Shown here piece after piece: positions 9,276 to 18,732 of a stretch of DNA of 64,000 bases (position 1 is its first letter; every line of letters begins with the position of its first letter). This DNA comes from Planctomycetota bacterium. GTDB lineage: Bacteria > Planctomycetota > PLA2 > JAEUHO01. The stretch spans positions 1-64,000 of the forward strand of contig CBDCWP010000026.1 in assembly GCA_965223505.1 (NCBI GenBank), written 5' to 3'. The notes beneath the pieces were generated by a model, which saw only the letters and a program-made list of their open reading frames with translations, made no database searches and was not told the origin of the DNA. The position numbers and the translations under genes are program-made.

Positions 9276-9988
9276 GCCTCGAGCTCGCCGTGCAACGCCT
9301 CGCGGATCATCTTCACCGTCTTGCGCCGAATCGGGGCCATGAACGGCAGGCTCGCCATCTTGATCAAGCGCACGATGAGGTCCGTGGAGCGCTCGATGAG
9401 CGCGTACGTGCGCTTGTACCCCTCCGATTGATCGTGCACCCAGAACAGCACGATGCCCGCGCTGTACACCCAGATCAACTCGGGGAGCTCGGCCTTCAGC
9501 GCACGCGGAATGCGCGCATTCGACCCTTCGACGACGCGCCGGTAGAGCTCGATCGAGGCCTCGCGCGCCGGGCGCGACTCTTCGTGAAACGGGTTCAGCG
9601 GGCTGCGCGGATCGCCGGCGGTTCGAAACAGGACGCCGGAGAACGCGTGGTACGGATCGGACGCCTCGATCTTCGTTTCGAGCGAGATTCGCAGGCGCTT
9701 GCGCAGGTCCTTCTCGCCCTCCAGCGCCTTCTCGCACAGCACGCGGTGCTTTTCGTGCACGGCGCCGTAAAAGCCCTGGATCAACGACTCCTTGGACTTG
9801 TAGTAGTAGTACGCGTTGCTGGCCGACAGTCCCGCGGCATCGGCGATGGCGCGCATGGTCGTCGCGTCGTAGCCCCGCTCCCGAAAGAGCTCGAGCGCCG
9901 TCGCCAGGATGAGCGCCTTGGTCTGCTCGCCCTTGGTGGTCTTCGCCTGCTTGACGGGCGGGTCGACGGGGGCTCGCTTCGGCGTCAT
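9272..9988 (-). CDS. TetR/AcrR-family transcriptional regulator
   Basis: ALELFRERGYDATTMRAIADAAGLSASNAYYYYKSKE helix-turn-helix; start MTPKR at 9988. Confidence 0.93.
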   Translation of the reverse strand: MTPKRAPVDPPVKQAKTTKGEQTKALILATALELFRERGYDATTMRAIADAAGLSASNAYYYYKSKESLIQGFYGAVHEKHRVLCEKALEGEKDLRKRLRISLETKIEASDPYHAFSGVLFRTAGDPRSPLNPFHEESRPAREASIELYRRVVEGSNARIPRALKAELPELIWVYSAGIVLFWVHDQSEGYKRTYALIERSTDLIVRLIKMASLPFMAPIRRKTVKMIREALHGELEA

Positions 9989-10011
9989 GACCGGCAACCT
10001 ACGCGGCGCGC

Positions 10012-10404
10012 TCACTCGCCGCAAACGGAGGTGCGGACGAACGCACGGGAGCTGAGGAAGCCTTCGGCGTGGCCGGCTTTGTCGGGCTTGCCGAATTCGA
10101 GCGCCCACTTGCGGTAGTCGAACAGCGCCCACATGCACATGAGCCAGGCTTTGTCGTTGCGGTAGATCGCGCCTTCGTCGGTCACCACGATCGGGCTCCG
10201 CCGGCCTGCGAAGCGGGTGATCTGCGGCGGCTGTTCAGGCGCCGGGGCGTCGGGCGCGCAAAGCGAAGGAAACCGCTCGCGTGCTTCCGCCGAGTCGAAG
10301 GCCAGGTACTCCAGCTCGACGTAGCTCGGCTGCTCGCGCATCCAGTTCAGGATGCGCCGCTGCCGCGCCTGGTCGCGGTAAAACAGGACGGTGAGCTTCT
10401 TCAT
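10012..10404 (-). CDS. DUF393/DCC1-like thioredoxin-fold protein lacking the DxxCxxC motif
   Basis: MKKLTVLF..., W...QPSYVELEYL, VVTDEGAIYRNDKAWLMCMWALFDYRKWA; start overlaps the upstream stop. Confidence 0.7.
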   Translation of the reverse strand: MKKLTVLFYRDQARQRRILNWMREQPSYVELEYLAFDSAEARERFPSLCAPDAPAPEQPPQITRFAGRRSPIVVTDEGAIYRNDKAWLMCMWALFDYRKWALEFGKPDKAGHAEGFLSSRAFVRTSVCGE

Positions 10405-10808
10405 GCCGCCCCCCCGGCGCCGAGCGTGCCATCCGGCGTCACCGGCGGCGGCGCCGCGTTGAGCTTCGCGCGCGTGTGGATCCGGCTGAAGACGTACATG
10501 TTGAAGAAGTGCATGAAGCCGAGGACCAGCAGCACGAGGCCGAGCTTCCACGACAGGATCTCGATGGCCTCTTCGGCGGTCGCGGCGCGCACGCCCGTCT
10601 TCAGGGCGAGGGTCACGTAGCCCATGTTGATGAGGTAGAAGCCGACCACCAGCAGGTGGTTGATGGCCTCCGCCAGCTTCTCGCGGCCGCCGAAGACGTC
10701 CAGGAGGAAGATCCGCCCCGCGCGGCTGAGCGTGCGGGCGACCCAGATCGTCAAGGCGACGCTGATCAGGATGTACAGCAGGTAGGTGATGACGGCGATG
10801 GACGGCAT
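10401..10808 (-). CDS. Conserved small integral membrane protein (3 TM segments)
   Basis: LTIWVARTL..GRIFL.DVF, INHLLVVGFYLINMGY, LGFMHFFN; GGGAG RBS upstream of ATG 10808. Confidence 0.85.
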   Translation of the reverse strand: MPSIAVITYLLYILISVALTIWVARTLSRAGRIFLLDVFGGREKLAEAINHLLVVGFYLINMGYVTLALKTGVRAATAEEAIEILSWKLGLVLLVLGFMHFFNMYVFSRIHTRAKLNAAPPPVTPDGTLGAGGAA

Positions 10809-10829
10809 TTCGAGTCGTTCTCCCATATT

Positions 10830-10893
10830 TTGAACATGTTCAACAATACAGGGCGCTCGGCGTCCGGCAAGCGCTTTTTTTGATCGCGTTCAA
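10830..10893. promoter_or_regulatory. Two palindromic operators, probably for the adjacent TetR
   Basis: Perfect TTGAACATGTTCAA at 10830-10843 and TTGATCGCGTTCAA at 10880-10893, in an AT-rich divergent intergenic region. Confidence 0.7.
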
Positions 10894-10954
10894 AAATCAG
10901 GGGGCATGGCAGGATTCCCGGCATGAGCGAGGGCATCGAACGGCGCGGGCAGCG

Positions 10955-11932
10955 ATGGATCTGGGGCCGGAGGGCCTTCGGGACCGGGTGGCGGTCTGGG
11001 ATCCGAACGCCGTCGTCCAGTCGTGGGACCGGCAGCAGGCGGGCAAGGTCAACACGACCTACCGGATCGAGCTGAAGGACCGGGCCGCCGTGGGGCTTCG
11101 CCTCTTCGCGCGCGACGCGGACGGGTGCCGTCGGGACGAAGCGCTGTTCGAGCGCATCGGCGCCGCCGTACCGGTGCCCCAGCTCCTGCACACCGCCCCC
11201 ACCGTCGATCCTCCCTGGGCACTCTATCGCTGGATCGACGGGTGGAAGCTGGACGCGCTGCTCGAGAGCCGTCCCTTCGAGGAGGTGGCGGGCGCCGCGC
11301 GGGCTGTCGGCCGCACGCTCGCGGCGCTGGCGTCGGTGCGATTCGAGGGGCACGGGATGCTGGGGCCGGACGGGACGATCGCGGAGCCGATGCCGACGCT
11401 TCGACGTGGGCTCCTGGATGCGATGCGCGGATGGCTGCGGGGTGGTCGGCCGGGCGAGCGGCTGGGCGGGGCGCGCGCCCACCGGGTGTGGCGGCACGTG
11501 CAGGCGAACGCGTCGCTGTGGGACGCGCTCGAGGACGCGCCGTGCCTGGTTCACTCCGACTACAACCCGGGGAATCTGCTCGTCGGCCGCGACGACGACG
11601 GTCGTTGGGTGACGCGCGGCGTGCTGGACTGGGAGTTCGCGTGGGCGGGCCCGAACGTGTTCGACATCGGCAACATGCTGCGTTGCACGCCGGACGCGCC
11701 GGCGGTGACGCACACGCGTCTGCCCGGGGGATTCGAGGGGGCGTTCGTCGAGGGGTTCGTCGAAGCGGGCGGTGTGTTGCCGCCGCAGTGGAAGCGAACG
11801 ATTCGGTTGCTGGACTTCCTGAATCTGGTTTCGTTCCTGGCGGACCCGGCCGAGCGACCGCGCATGTTCGATGTCGTCACGCAGCTGATCGACCACCGCC
11901 TCGACACGTGGAACGAGCTGCCGACGGATTGA
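10955..11932 (+). CDS. Aminoglycoside phosphotransferase (APH)-family kinase
   Basis: LVHSDYNPGNLL Brenner motif, GVLDWEFA, DIGNMLR; start uncertain. Confidence 0.85.
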   Translation: MDLGPEGLRDRVAVWDPNAVVQSWDRQQAGKVNTTYRIELKDRAAVGLRLFARDADGCRRDEALFERIGAAVPVPQLLHTAPTVDPPWALYRWIDGWKLDALLESRPFEEVAGAARAVGRTLAALASVRFEGHGMLGPDGTIAEPMPTLRRGLLDAMRGWLRGGRPGERLGGARAHRVWRHVQANASLWDALEDAPCLVHSDYNPGNLLVGRDDDGRWVTRGVLDWEFAWAGPNVFDIGNMLRCTPDAPAVTHTRLPGGFEGAFVEGFVEAGGVLPPQWKRTIRLLDFLNLVSFLADPAERPRMFDVVTQLIDHRLDTWNELPTD

Positions 11933-11940
11933 CCGGTCTT

Positions 11941-12141
11941 GTTGGGGGGATCACCCTGGTGGCTGCCGAACCCGTCACGCGCCTGATTGGGCGACCACGA
12001 GGGTCGCCCCTACACCACCCCGCTCCCGATCCCGGAGCCGAACGTCTCAGCGCTGTAGGGGCAGCCCTGGTGGCTGCCCAACCGCACATGCGTGCAGACC
12101 TGATCGACGAGCGCTTGGGCGACCACGAGGGTCGCGCCTAC
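11941..12141. repeat. Two tandem GTAG-type REP doublets (11941-12013 degenerate; 12055-12141)
   Basis: GTAGGGGCAGCCCTGGTGGCTGCCC...GGGCGACCACGAGGGTCGCGCCTAC; related copies at 18729, 34447 and 44124. Confidence 0.85.
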
Positions 12142-12240
12142 ATCCGGTCCGAGTCCGACTCCCGTTCTCGTTCTCGATGCGCCGCAGGCGCCACAGAGGG
12201 GGATAGGGCGTAGCGGTCGCAGCCGAAGGCTGCGAGGAAA

Positions 12241-13278
12241 CTAGATCGTCGATCCTGCTTCGTACGCCAAGCCGAGGTTCACGATGCGCTGCACGAGGTC
12301 CTTGAACCGCACGCCGCCCTTCTTCGCGGCCAGGGCGAAGTCCTCGTCCGCGGCGAGATCCGGGTTCGGATTCGCTTCGAGGACGAAGACCTCGCCGTCG
12401 TCGTTCAGCCGCAGGTCGATGCGCGCGTACCCGCTCAAGCCCAACGCGCGGTAGATGCGTTTGCCGATGTGGGCGATCTTCTTCTCCGCGCCCCCGGGCA
12501 GGTTGCGCGCCTCGCGGTTCTCGATCCCGTGCTTCTCCTGGTACTTGACGTCGAACTTGACCTTCGCCGTCGCGACGCGCGGCGCCCCGTCCGGAAGCTT
12601 GTCCATCACGAGCTCCCAAATCGGAAACGTCGTCAGCCGCACATTCCCGATCACCGCGAGGTACAGCTCGCGCCCTTCGACGTACTCCTCGACGAGCGCG
12701 TCGCTCTCGAGCTGCTCGTGAACGAACGCGACGCGCTTCTTGAGCTGCTCGTCGTTCGTCACGACGGATGCCTGCGAGATTCCCGCCGACGCGTCTTCGA
12801 TCAACGACTTGACGAACATCGGATACCGGAGCCGGCGCATCCGCCGGGCGCGACCGCGGCGCGGATAGACGGCGAACCGGGGCGTGCGAATCCGGTGATA
12901 GGTGAGGATCTTCTTCGCGAGCGCCTTGTCACGCGCCAGGACGAGTCCGCGCGGGTTGCAGCCCGTGTAGGGCACGCGCATGAGCTCGAGATAGGCCACG
13001 ACGTTCTGATCGAAGGAAGCCAGCCCGTGGAACTCCTCGAGCATGTTGAAGACGACGTGCGGCTTCCACTCCGTCACGAGCTCCCTGATCGGTGCGAGGC
13101 TGTACCGCACGTCGAGGATCTTGACCTCGTGCCCGAGGCGCTGGAGCGCCGAGATCACGTCGTACTCCATCTTGCACTCGGCGATCTGCTGGTCCGAGAG
13201 CCCGTCGAGGGACTCCGGCGGAATGGCCCCCTCGGGAACCAGCGCGATCACGCGCAGCTTGCGCTTGCGGCTCGTCAT
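12241..13278 (-). CDS. ATP-grasp ligase, D-Ala-D-Ala-ligase-like (probably not canonical Ddl)
   Basis: VFNMLEEF, PYTGC, DKALAKKIL, FVKS..EDASAGI, VEEYVEGRE, GYARIDLRL, LEANPNP; start MTSRKR at 13278. Confidence 0.88.
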   Translation of the reverse strand: MTSRKRKLRVIALVPEGAIPPESLDGLSDQQIAECKMEYDVISALQRLGHEVKILDVRYSLAPIRELVTEWKPHVVFNMLEEFHGLASFDQNVVAYLELMRVPYTGCNPRGLVLARDKALAKKILTYHRIRTPRFAVYPRRGRARRMRRLRYPMFVKSLIEDASAGISQASVVTNDEQLKKRVAFVHEQLESDALVEEYVEGRELYLAVIGNVRLTTFPIWELVMDKLPDGAPRVATAKVKFDVKYQEKHGIENREARNLPGGAEKKIAHIGKRIYRALGLSGYARIDLRLNDDGEVFVLEANPNPDLAADEDFALAAKKGGVRFKDLVQRIVNLGLAYEAGSTI

Positions 13279-14342
13279 AAGGCGACCTGGTAACCTCCCT
13301 TCTGAAGGTACCGCATGACTTGCACGGTCAGCAGCGTGACCGTGTCGAGCTTCGTCTCCCGTTCGGATCGTATTAGGTGCAAATCGAGCGCCCGGCTCCG
13401 ATTGATCATCTCTTTGAGCACTTGTTCGATCGTGTAGGGGTGTTGTCCGGTCCAGTGCGAGACCGTATTGCGTAGTTCCAGTCGCGCCCTCCGCAGGAAG
13501 GCGCTCGCCGATTCCCGCCCGCTCGAAGCCGAGCCGACGCCGAAGAGCCTCAGGAGGTCTTGATCGTAGAAGTCCGGCAGGTCGGCGCCGTAGTGCGAGC
13601 GCTTGATGCAGTAGTGCTCTTGGAGGGTGTGGCGCAAACGCGGTAGCGCGTCGACGCGAGCGCGAGAGCGAACGACCGGCGCGCGGCCCGCGATGTCGTT
13701 CATCAACTCGTCGACACAGTGCAGCTTCTGCAACGCCGGCCAACCCGCATAGTCGCGACGCCACTTCGACCCAGGCTTGAGCCAGACGGCGAACGTCTCC
13801 GCGAAGTCTTCGACCGGATGGCTCTGCGCGTACCACCAGTCGAGGTGCAGGACGTACTTGCGGCTGTGCGGTTTCGGTTTGTAGTGCGTCGGGTACGCCT
13901 GCGAAGCGAGCCCGAAGGCGGCCTGCCACTTGCGCTTGCGGCGCAGGCGATATGCCGTGTCGAACGCGTGGCCCGCCTCGTGGCGCAGGATGCGCATGCA
14001 GCCTTCTTTCGTGCCGCCCTCGACTTCGAGCATTTGCCTTCGCTCGAGCATCATCAACCGCCGGTGCGCGAGATAGAACGGAATCGCGATCCCGGGTACG
14101 CCGTCCGGCGAGAACCACTCGTTCGAGATCCAGCAGTGCGGCCGAAACGTGAGGCCGCGTTCCCAGAGCTCGTCGTAGAGCCGCTCGACCATGTCCTGGA
14201 GCCACGTGCCCTCGATCTTCACGTCGAGTCGATTGAGGGGCAGCTCCAGCAGCTTGCTGTCGGGCAGCGCCACCCATCGCGGGTCGCGGCCGTTGCGCCG
14301 GCGCTTCCCGTTGCGTGACGGCGCTTTCTTTCCTCGACCCAA
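13275..14342 (-). CDS. Putative zinc-binding (zincin) metallopeptidase
   Basis: RHEAGHA HExxH motif, YAQSHPVEDFAETFAVW; overlaps the ATP-grasp start by 4 bp; TTG start uncertain. Confidence 0.85.
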   Translation of the reverse strand: MGRGKKAPSRNGKRRRNGRDPRWVALPDSKLLELPLNRLDVKIEGTWLQDMVERLYDELWERGLTFRPHCWISNEWFSPDGVPGIAIPFYLAHRRLMMLERRQMLEVEGGTKEGCMRILRHEAGHAFDTAYRLRRKRKWQAAFGLASQAYPTHYKPKPHSRKYVLHLDWWYAQSHPVEDFAETFAVWLKPGSKWRRDYAGWPALQKLHCVDELMNDIAGRAPVVRSRARVDALPRLRHTLQEHYCIKRSHYGADLPDFYDQDLLRLFGVGSASSGRESASAFLRRARLELRNTVSHWTGQHPYTIEQVLKEMINRSRALDLHLIRSERETKLDTVTLLTVQVMRYLQKGGYQVAL

Positions 14343-14394
14343 GCCTCGGCTCCCTTCGGGCCGAGGAATCTACCAAACGTAGCCCGGGCCTTCT

Positions 14395-16164
14395 CTACCG
14401 GATGGGCTTCAGATGCTTGATGCGCAGCGCCTTCTCTTCGACTTCCATCTGCATCTTGATGCCGCCGACGACGCCGGTCTTGTTGTGAACGGCCGCCGAG
14501 GCCTCGTTCACGACCACGAACAAGCGGTCGTAGCGCGTCGCACGGAGATTGCGCGCCAACGCCTCGAACTGCGAGGCCCTGCGGTCGAGGTACGGCTTCA
14601 CGCGGTCGTGGTAGCTCGCGGGCAGCTCGGCCAGGATCTCGTCCGGCGGCGTCATCGGCATGGCGGCGCCGCCGCCCTGCTTGCCGCGCAGGAACGCGGT
14701 CTCGACCCACGCGCGAAGCGCGCCGGGCACACCGGCCGCGAACGGGTCCACCGGCTCGGGCGGCAGGATGATGTTCGCGGGAACCGGTTCGTCGGCCCAG
14801 CGGGCAAACACGAACGAAGGCGAGTCGGCGCCGATGTGGACGGTGACGTCGGCCGAGCCCACGCCCTTGACGCCGTTGAAGAAGAACAGCGTCAGCCGAA
14901 CCGTGCTCGGCTCGACGCGCACCGCGTCGCGGAACGCGTCGCGCGACGCTTGGACGGCAGGCACGAGCTTCTCGGGCTCGCGCAGCCGCACGACCATGCT
15001 GTTCTTGATGAGCTGCCCGCCGCGCATACCGGAGAGAAGATTGGTGCCCAGATCCTGGGTGAAGCGCTGCAGATGGGCCGCGATGTCGCGCCGGACGCGC
15101 TCGTTGGGCAGTTGCCCCTTGCGCGAGACGTTGTCGAAGCGCTGCGCCGCGGCGCGCGCCTTGCCGCTCCAATTGATGTCCTCGAGGTCCATGTAGAGGG
15201 CGCCCGGAATGTTCGCGCCGTCGATGGGCCAAGGCTCGGTGCGCGGGGCGATCGGCGGGATCTCGACGCCCTGGCGCGGTTCTGACGAGAGGTCGAGATC
15301 CTTGCCGTGCGGCTCCTTGAGGACGCGGATGCGAACCACCGTCGGCGCGCGAAGGTTGGGCAGCAGCGTGGGGTAGCGGACGCGCACGCCGGCGACGCCG
15401 CCGCGATACAGCACGTCGAGCACGGTGACCGCGTACTGCAGGCTCACGTTGTTGTCCATGCGGACCTCGGCGACGATCCGGCCCATCTTCTGGGTGAAGA
15501 GCTTGGCGAGCGCGTAGAGACGCTTGGGATCGGAGCGTTCGTAGTCGGGTCCCTTCTCACCGGGGCGCAGCCCCTTGAACGACGGGTCGGTCGCGCCGGG
15601 CTCCTTCGCGTCCGGGTGGGTGATGTCGGGGAGGTCGCGCGTCTCGACGCCGGGCTGGTTGGCAACGGCCTTGATCCACAGCGGCAAGCGCGTCGCGCTG
15701 CCGGAGGACGCCTGCGCGCCCTCGGCGCGCGCCGGCAGGAACAGGGGGAAGCCGAGCACCTTGCCGTCCTGGCTCGGGACGCGAATGCCGACGCGGTAGA
15801 TCCCTGCGACCTGGCAGGCGTTGACGATCGGAACGATGTGCGCCCACATGTGATTCTTGGACGCGGTGATCCAGACGGAGTGGGTCGAGGGCTTGGCGGT
15901 GCCGACCCGCGTCTTGAGCAGAGCCGTCAGTCCCTGCAGGTTGACGGGCTCGCGCGAGCCGCCGCTCGCGAGGAACCAGCCGAGCTGTCCGACGCGCACG
16001 TGGGTGACGTCGGTCGAGCGAATGGGCGCGCAGGTTCCGGCGACGGGCAGGTTGGCTTCGGCGATGGGCGGCACGCGGCTGTCCGCGTGCACGGGTGCGA
16101 CCCCGGCCAGGCACAGCGCCCCAGCGAGCGCGAGGTAGAGGACTTGCGAACTTCGAGCAAACAT
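14395..16164 (-). CDS. Exported hypothetical protein with ExbD/TolR-like segments
   Basis: Start MFARSSQ at 16164 with signal peptide; VWITASKNHMWAHIVPIVNACQVAGIYRVG and MDNNVSLQYAVTVLDVLYRGGV resemble ExbD periplasmic domains. Confidence 0.6.
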   Translation of the reverse strand: MFARSSQVLYLALAGALCLAGVAPVHADSRVPPIAEANLPVAGTCAPIRSTDVTHVRVGQLGWFLASGGSREPVNLQGLTALLKTRVGTAKPSTHSVWITASKNHMWAHIVPIVNACQVAGIYRVGIRVPSQDGKVLGFPLFLPARAEGAQASSGSATRLPLWIKAVANQPGVETRDLPDITHPDAKEPGATDPSFKGLRPGEKGPDYERSDPKRLYALAKLFTQKMGRIVAEVRMDNNVSLQYAVTVLDVLYRGGVAGVRVRYPTLLPNLRAPTVVRIRVLKEPHGKDLDLSSEPRQGVEIPPIAPRTEPWPIDGANIPGALYMDLEDINWSGKARAAAQRFDNVSRKGQLPNERVRRDIAAHLQRFTQDLGTNLLSGMRGGQLIKNSMVVRLREPEKLVPAVQASRDAFRDAVRVEPSTVRLTLFFFNGVKGVGSADVTVHIGADSPSFVFARWADEPVPANIILPPEPVDPFAAGVPGALRAWVETAFLRGKQGGGAAMPMTPPDEILAELPASYHDRVKPYLDRRASQFEALARNLRATRYDRLFVVVNEASAAVHNKTGVVGGIKMQMEVEEKALRIKHLKPIR

Positions 16165-16260
16165 GACGGGGATCCAATTTCGGCGGGCAGCGCACAAGTT
16201 TCGCAGGCTCCCGTCACGACGTCGAATTTCGATAGCATCCCGGCTTCGAAGGAGGCAGCA

Positions 16261-18732
16261 ATGCGCAAGGTTCCGTTCGGGGTGGTGGCGTTGGTCGTGT
16301 TCGCATTGGCGGTGCCGGCGGCGGCGCACGAGCAAGAGGATGCGCCCAAGCCGAAGATCGCATTCGACGCCTCGAACCGGGACTTCACCCAGCGACACCT
16401 CACCATCAGCGTCAAGCCCGACATGGAGAACGGAACGATCAGCGGCTGGGTGAAGATCCGCTTCGCGCCGCTCGTCGACGACTTCGAGACGCTGCGGCTG
16501 CACTGCGAAGACACGACCGTTCACGCGGTCAAGGACCCGCAGGGCAACTTCCTCGCGAAGCGCCTCGAGCACGGGCTGCTGTTCGTGACGATGCGCGCGC
16601 CGCTGCAACGCGGCGAAGAGGGCACGGTCATCGTCGAGTACACGTCGAAGCCGACGCGCGGGCTGTACTTCCACAAGCCGAGCCACGCGTGCCCCAACCG
16701 CCCGACGCACATGTACAGCCAAGGGCAAGGCAAGGACAACCGGCGCTGGATTCCCTGCTACGACCACCCGGACGACCGCTGCAGCTGGGACATGCACGTG
16801 GAGGTCGCCAAGACGTTGACGACCGTATCGAACGGCGTGCTCGTCGACCAGAAGGACCTCGGCAACGGACAGCGCTCCGACCACTGGCATTTCGGGAGCC
16901 GCTCCCCCACCTATCTGATCTCGCTGATCGTCGGCACGTTCGAGACGATCAAGGAGAAGTGGGAAGACGTCGACCTGGTCTACAACGGCCCACCCGGCCG
17001 ACGCGAGGAGCTGCAGCGCGCGCTCGACAAGACGCCGGAGATGATGGCGTTCTTCAGCGACTACACCGGCTTCAAGTACCCCTGGCCGAGCTACACGCAG
17101 ACATTCGTGTGGGACTTCATCTACGGCGGCATGGAGAACGTGACCTGCACGACGCTCAACATGCGCGCGCTCCACACCGACAAGGCGAGGCCCAACTACC
17201 GCTCCGACGGGCTGGTCGCGCACGAGCTGGCGCACATGTGGTTCGGCGACCTGATGACCTGCCGCACCTGGGAGCACCTCTGGCTCAACGAGGGCTTCGC
17301 GACGTACTTCACCGACCTGTTCTTCGAGCACGACTTCGGCCGCGACGAGTTCCTGTTGCGACGGCGCAATCAGAACCAGCGCTACATGAGCGGCACGCCG
17401 ACGCCGTCGAAGCTCGGCCTGACCGTGAGCCCGCGCGGGGACGTCCCGATCGAGCTGATGGGCGGCAAGGCCTACACGCGCGGCGCGGCGATCCTGCACA
17501 TGCTCCGCAAGGAGCTCGGGGACGACGTGTTCCGCGGCGGCATCCGTCACTACGTCAAGCGGCATCAGGACCAGGCCGTGGTCTCCGAGCAGCTGCGCCG
17601 CTGCATGGAGGAGGTCGCGGGCCGTGATCTCGAGTGGTTCTGGGACCAGTGGGTGTACGGGAGCGGGTACCCCAAGCTTGACGTTGAGGTGAGCTACGAG
17701 TGGGCCGGGCAGGCGACGGTGCGCGTGAAGCAGAAGCAGCCCCGTACGGGTGGCCAATCGCTCTTTCGGATCAACGTCCCGGTGCGCGTCGGTTCGAACG
17801 GAAAGGTGACCGACCTGCGAATCTATCGCGAGAAGCACACGTTCTTCTTGCCCTACGAGCCGTCCGGCAACGCGGAGACGACGAACGAGATGTTCCCGTT
17901 CGTGCGCTTCGGCGTGGACGGAGACCTCTTGATGGAGGTGAACCTCTCGTACGCCGAGAAGGGACAGGCGTTCCATCGCGCGGCGCTGGCGTTGGATCCG
18001 GACTACACGGGCCGCATGGACGCGGCGCTCGCGCTCGAGCAATACGGCGAGACCGCGGTGACGTCGGTCGCGTGGGGTCTGGCGAACGACCCGTCGTGGT
18101 CGGTTCGCGAGACGTGCGCGAAGGTGCTCGGGCGGTTGGGCGGCGGCGCGGCGGCGATGGCGCTCCTGCCGGCGACCGAGGACAAGGACCCGCGGGTGCG
18201 CGTCGCGGTGGTGCAGGCGTTGGGCGGCATGAGTCGCAAGACGGCGGGCCCGGCGTTGACACGCATGGTCCAGGATCCGCATCCGTACGTGGTGTCCGAA
18301 GTGGCGCGCGCGTTGGGCAAGCTCAAGGTGCCCGACGCGTTGAAGATGTTCGAGGTGCTACTGGCGGTGGACTCGCACGAGGACGTGGTGCAGCAGGGCG
18401 CGATCGACGGGCTGCGCAACCTGGGCGATCCCGCGGGGATCGAGCTGGCGAAGCCGTTCATGCGGTACGTCTGCGGCGAGGGCGGTACGCATCGCATTCG
18501 GCAGAAGGCGTTGGCGTGTGTGATGGCGCTCGGCCCGGACGACCCCGGCGTGCACGCGTGGTTGGTGGCGCAGCTGGACGATCCGTTCCACCGGGTGCGG
18601 CAGTCGGTGTGCGAGGCGTGCGGGACCTACGGCGTGAAGGCGGCGTTGCCCAAGCTGAAGAAGATCGCGGAGCACGACTGGAACGGCGGCGTGCGCAACG
18701 CGGCCCAGAAGGCGATCGAGGCGCTGCAGTAG
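16261..18732 (+). CDS. M1-family aminopeptidase with C-terminal HEAT repeats
   Basis: AAGGAGG RBS; signal peptide; GGMEN, HELAHMWFGD, WLNEGFATY; HEAT repeats. Confidence 0.93.
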   Translation: MRKVPFGVVALVVFALAVPAAAHEQEDAPKPKIAFDASNRDFTQRHLTISVKPDMENGTISGWVKIRFAPLVDDFETLRLHCEDTTVHAVKDPQGNFLAKRLEHGLLFVTMRAPLQRGEEGTVIVEYTSKPTRGLYFHKPSHACPNRPTHMYSQGQGKDNRRWIPCYDHPDDRCSWDMHVEVAKTLTTVSNGVLVDQKDLGNGQRSDHWHFGSRSPTYLISLIVGTFETIKEKWEDVDLVYNGPPGRREELQRALDKTPEMMAFFSDYTGFKYPWPSYTQTFVWDFIYGGMENVTCTTLNMRALHTDKARPNYRSDGLVAHELAHMWFGDLMTCRTWEHLWLNEGFATYFTDLFFEHDFGRDEFLLRRRNQNQRYMSGTPTPSKLGLTVSPRGDVPIELMGGKAYTRGAAILHMLRKELGDDVFRGGIRHYVKRHQDQAVVSEQLRRCMEEVAGRDLEWFWDQWVYGSGYPKLDVEVSYEWAGQATVRVKQKQPRTGGQSLFRINVPVRVGSNGKVTDLRIYREKHTFFLPYEPSGNAETTNEMFPFVRFGVDGDLLMEVNLSYAEKGQAFHRAALALDPDYTGRMDAALALEQYGETAVTSVAWGLANDPSWSVRETCAKVLGRLGGGAAAMALLPATEDKDPRVRVAVVQALGGMSRKTAGPALTRMVQDPHPYVVSEVARALGKLKVPDALKMFEVLLAVDSHEDVVQQGAIDGLRNLGDPAGIELAKPFMRYVCGEGGTHRIRQKALACVMALGPDDPGVHAWLVAQLDDPFHRVRQSVCEACGTYGVKAALPKLKKIAEHDWNGGVRNAAQKAIEALQ

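Noticed and set aside
10955..11932. APH gene as a true aminoglycoside resistance determinant
   Set aside because: Only generic APH/choline-kinase superfamily motifs are visible; the substrate cannot be inferred
16165..18282. N-terminal ~700 aa of the 1295-aa minus-strand ORF
   Set aside because: Antisense to the M1 aminopeptidase; the real gene most likely starts at 16164 with a signal peptide
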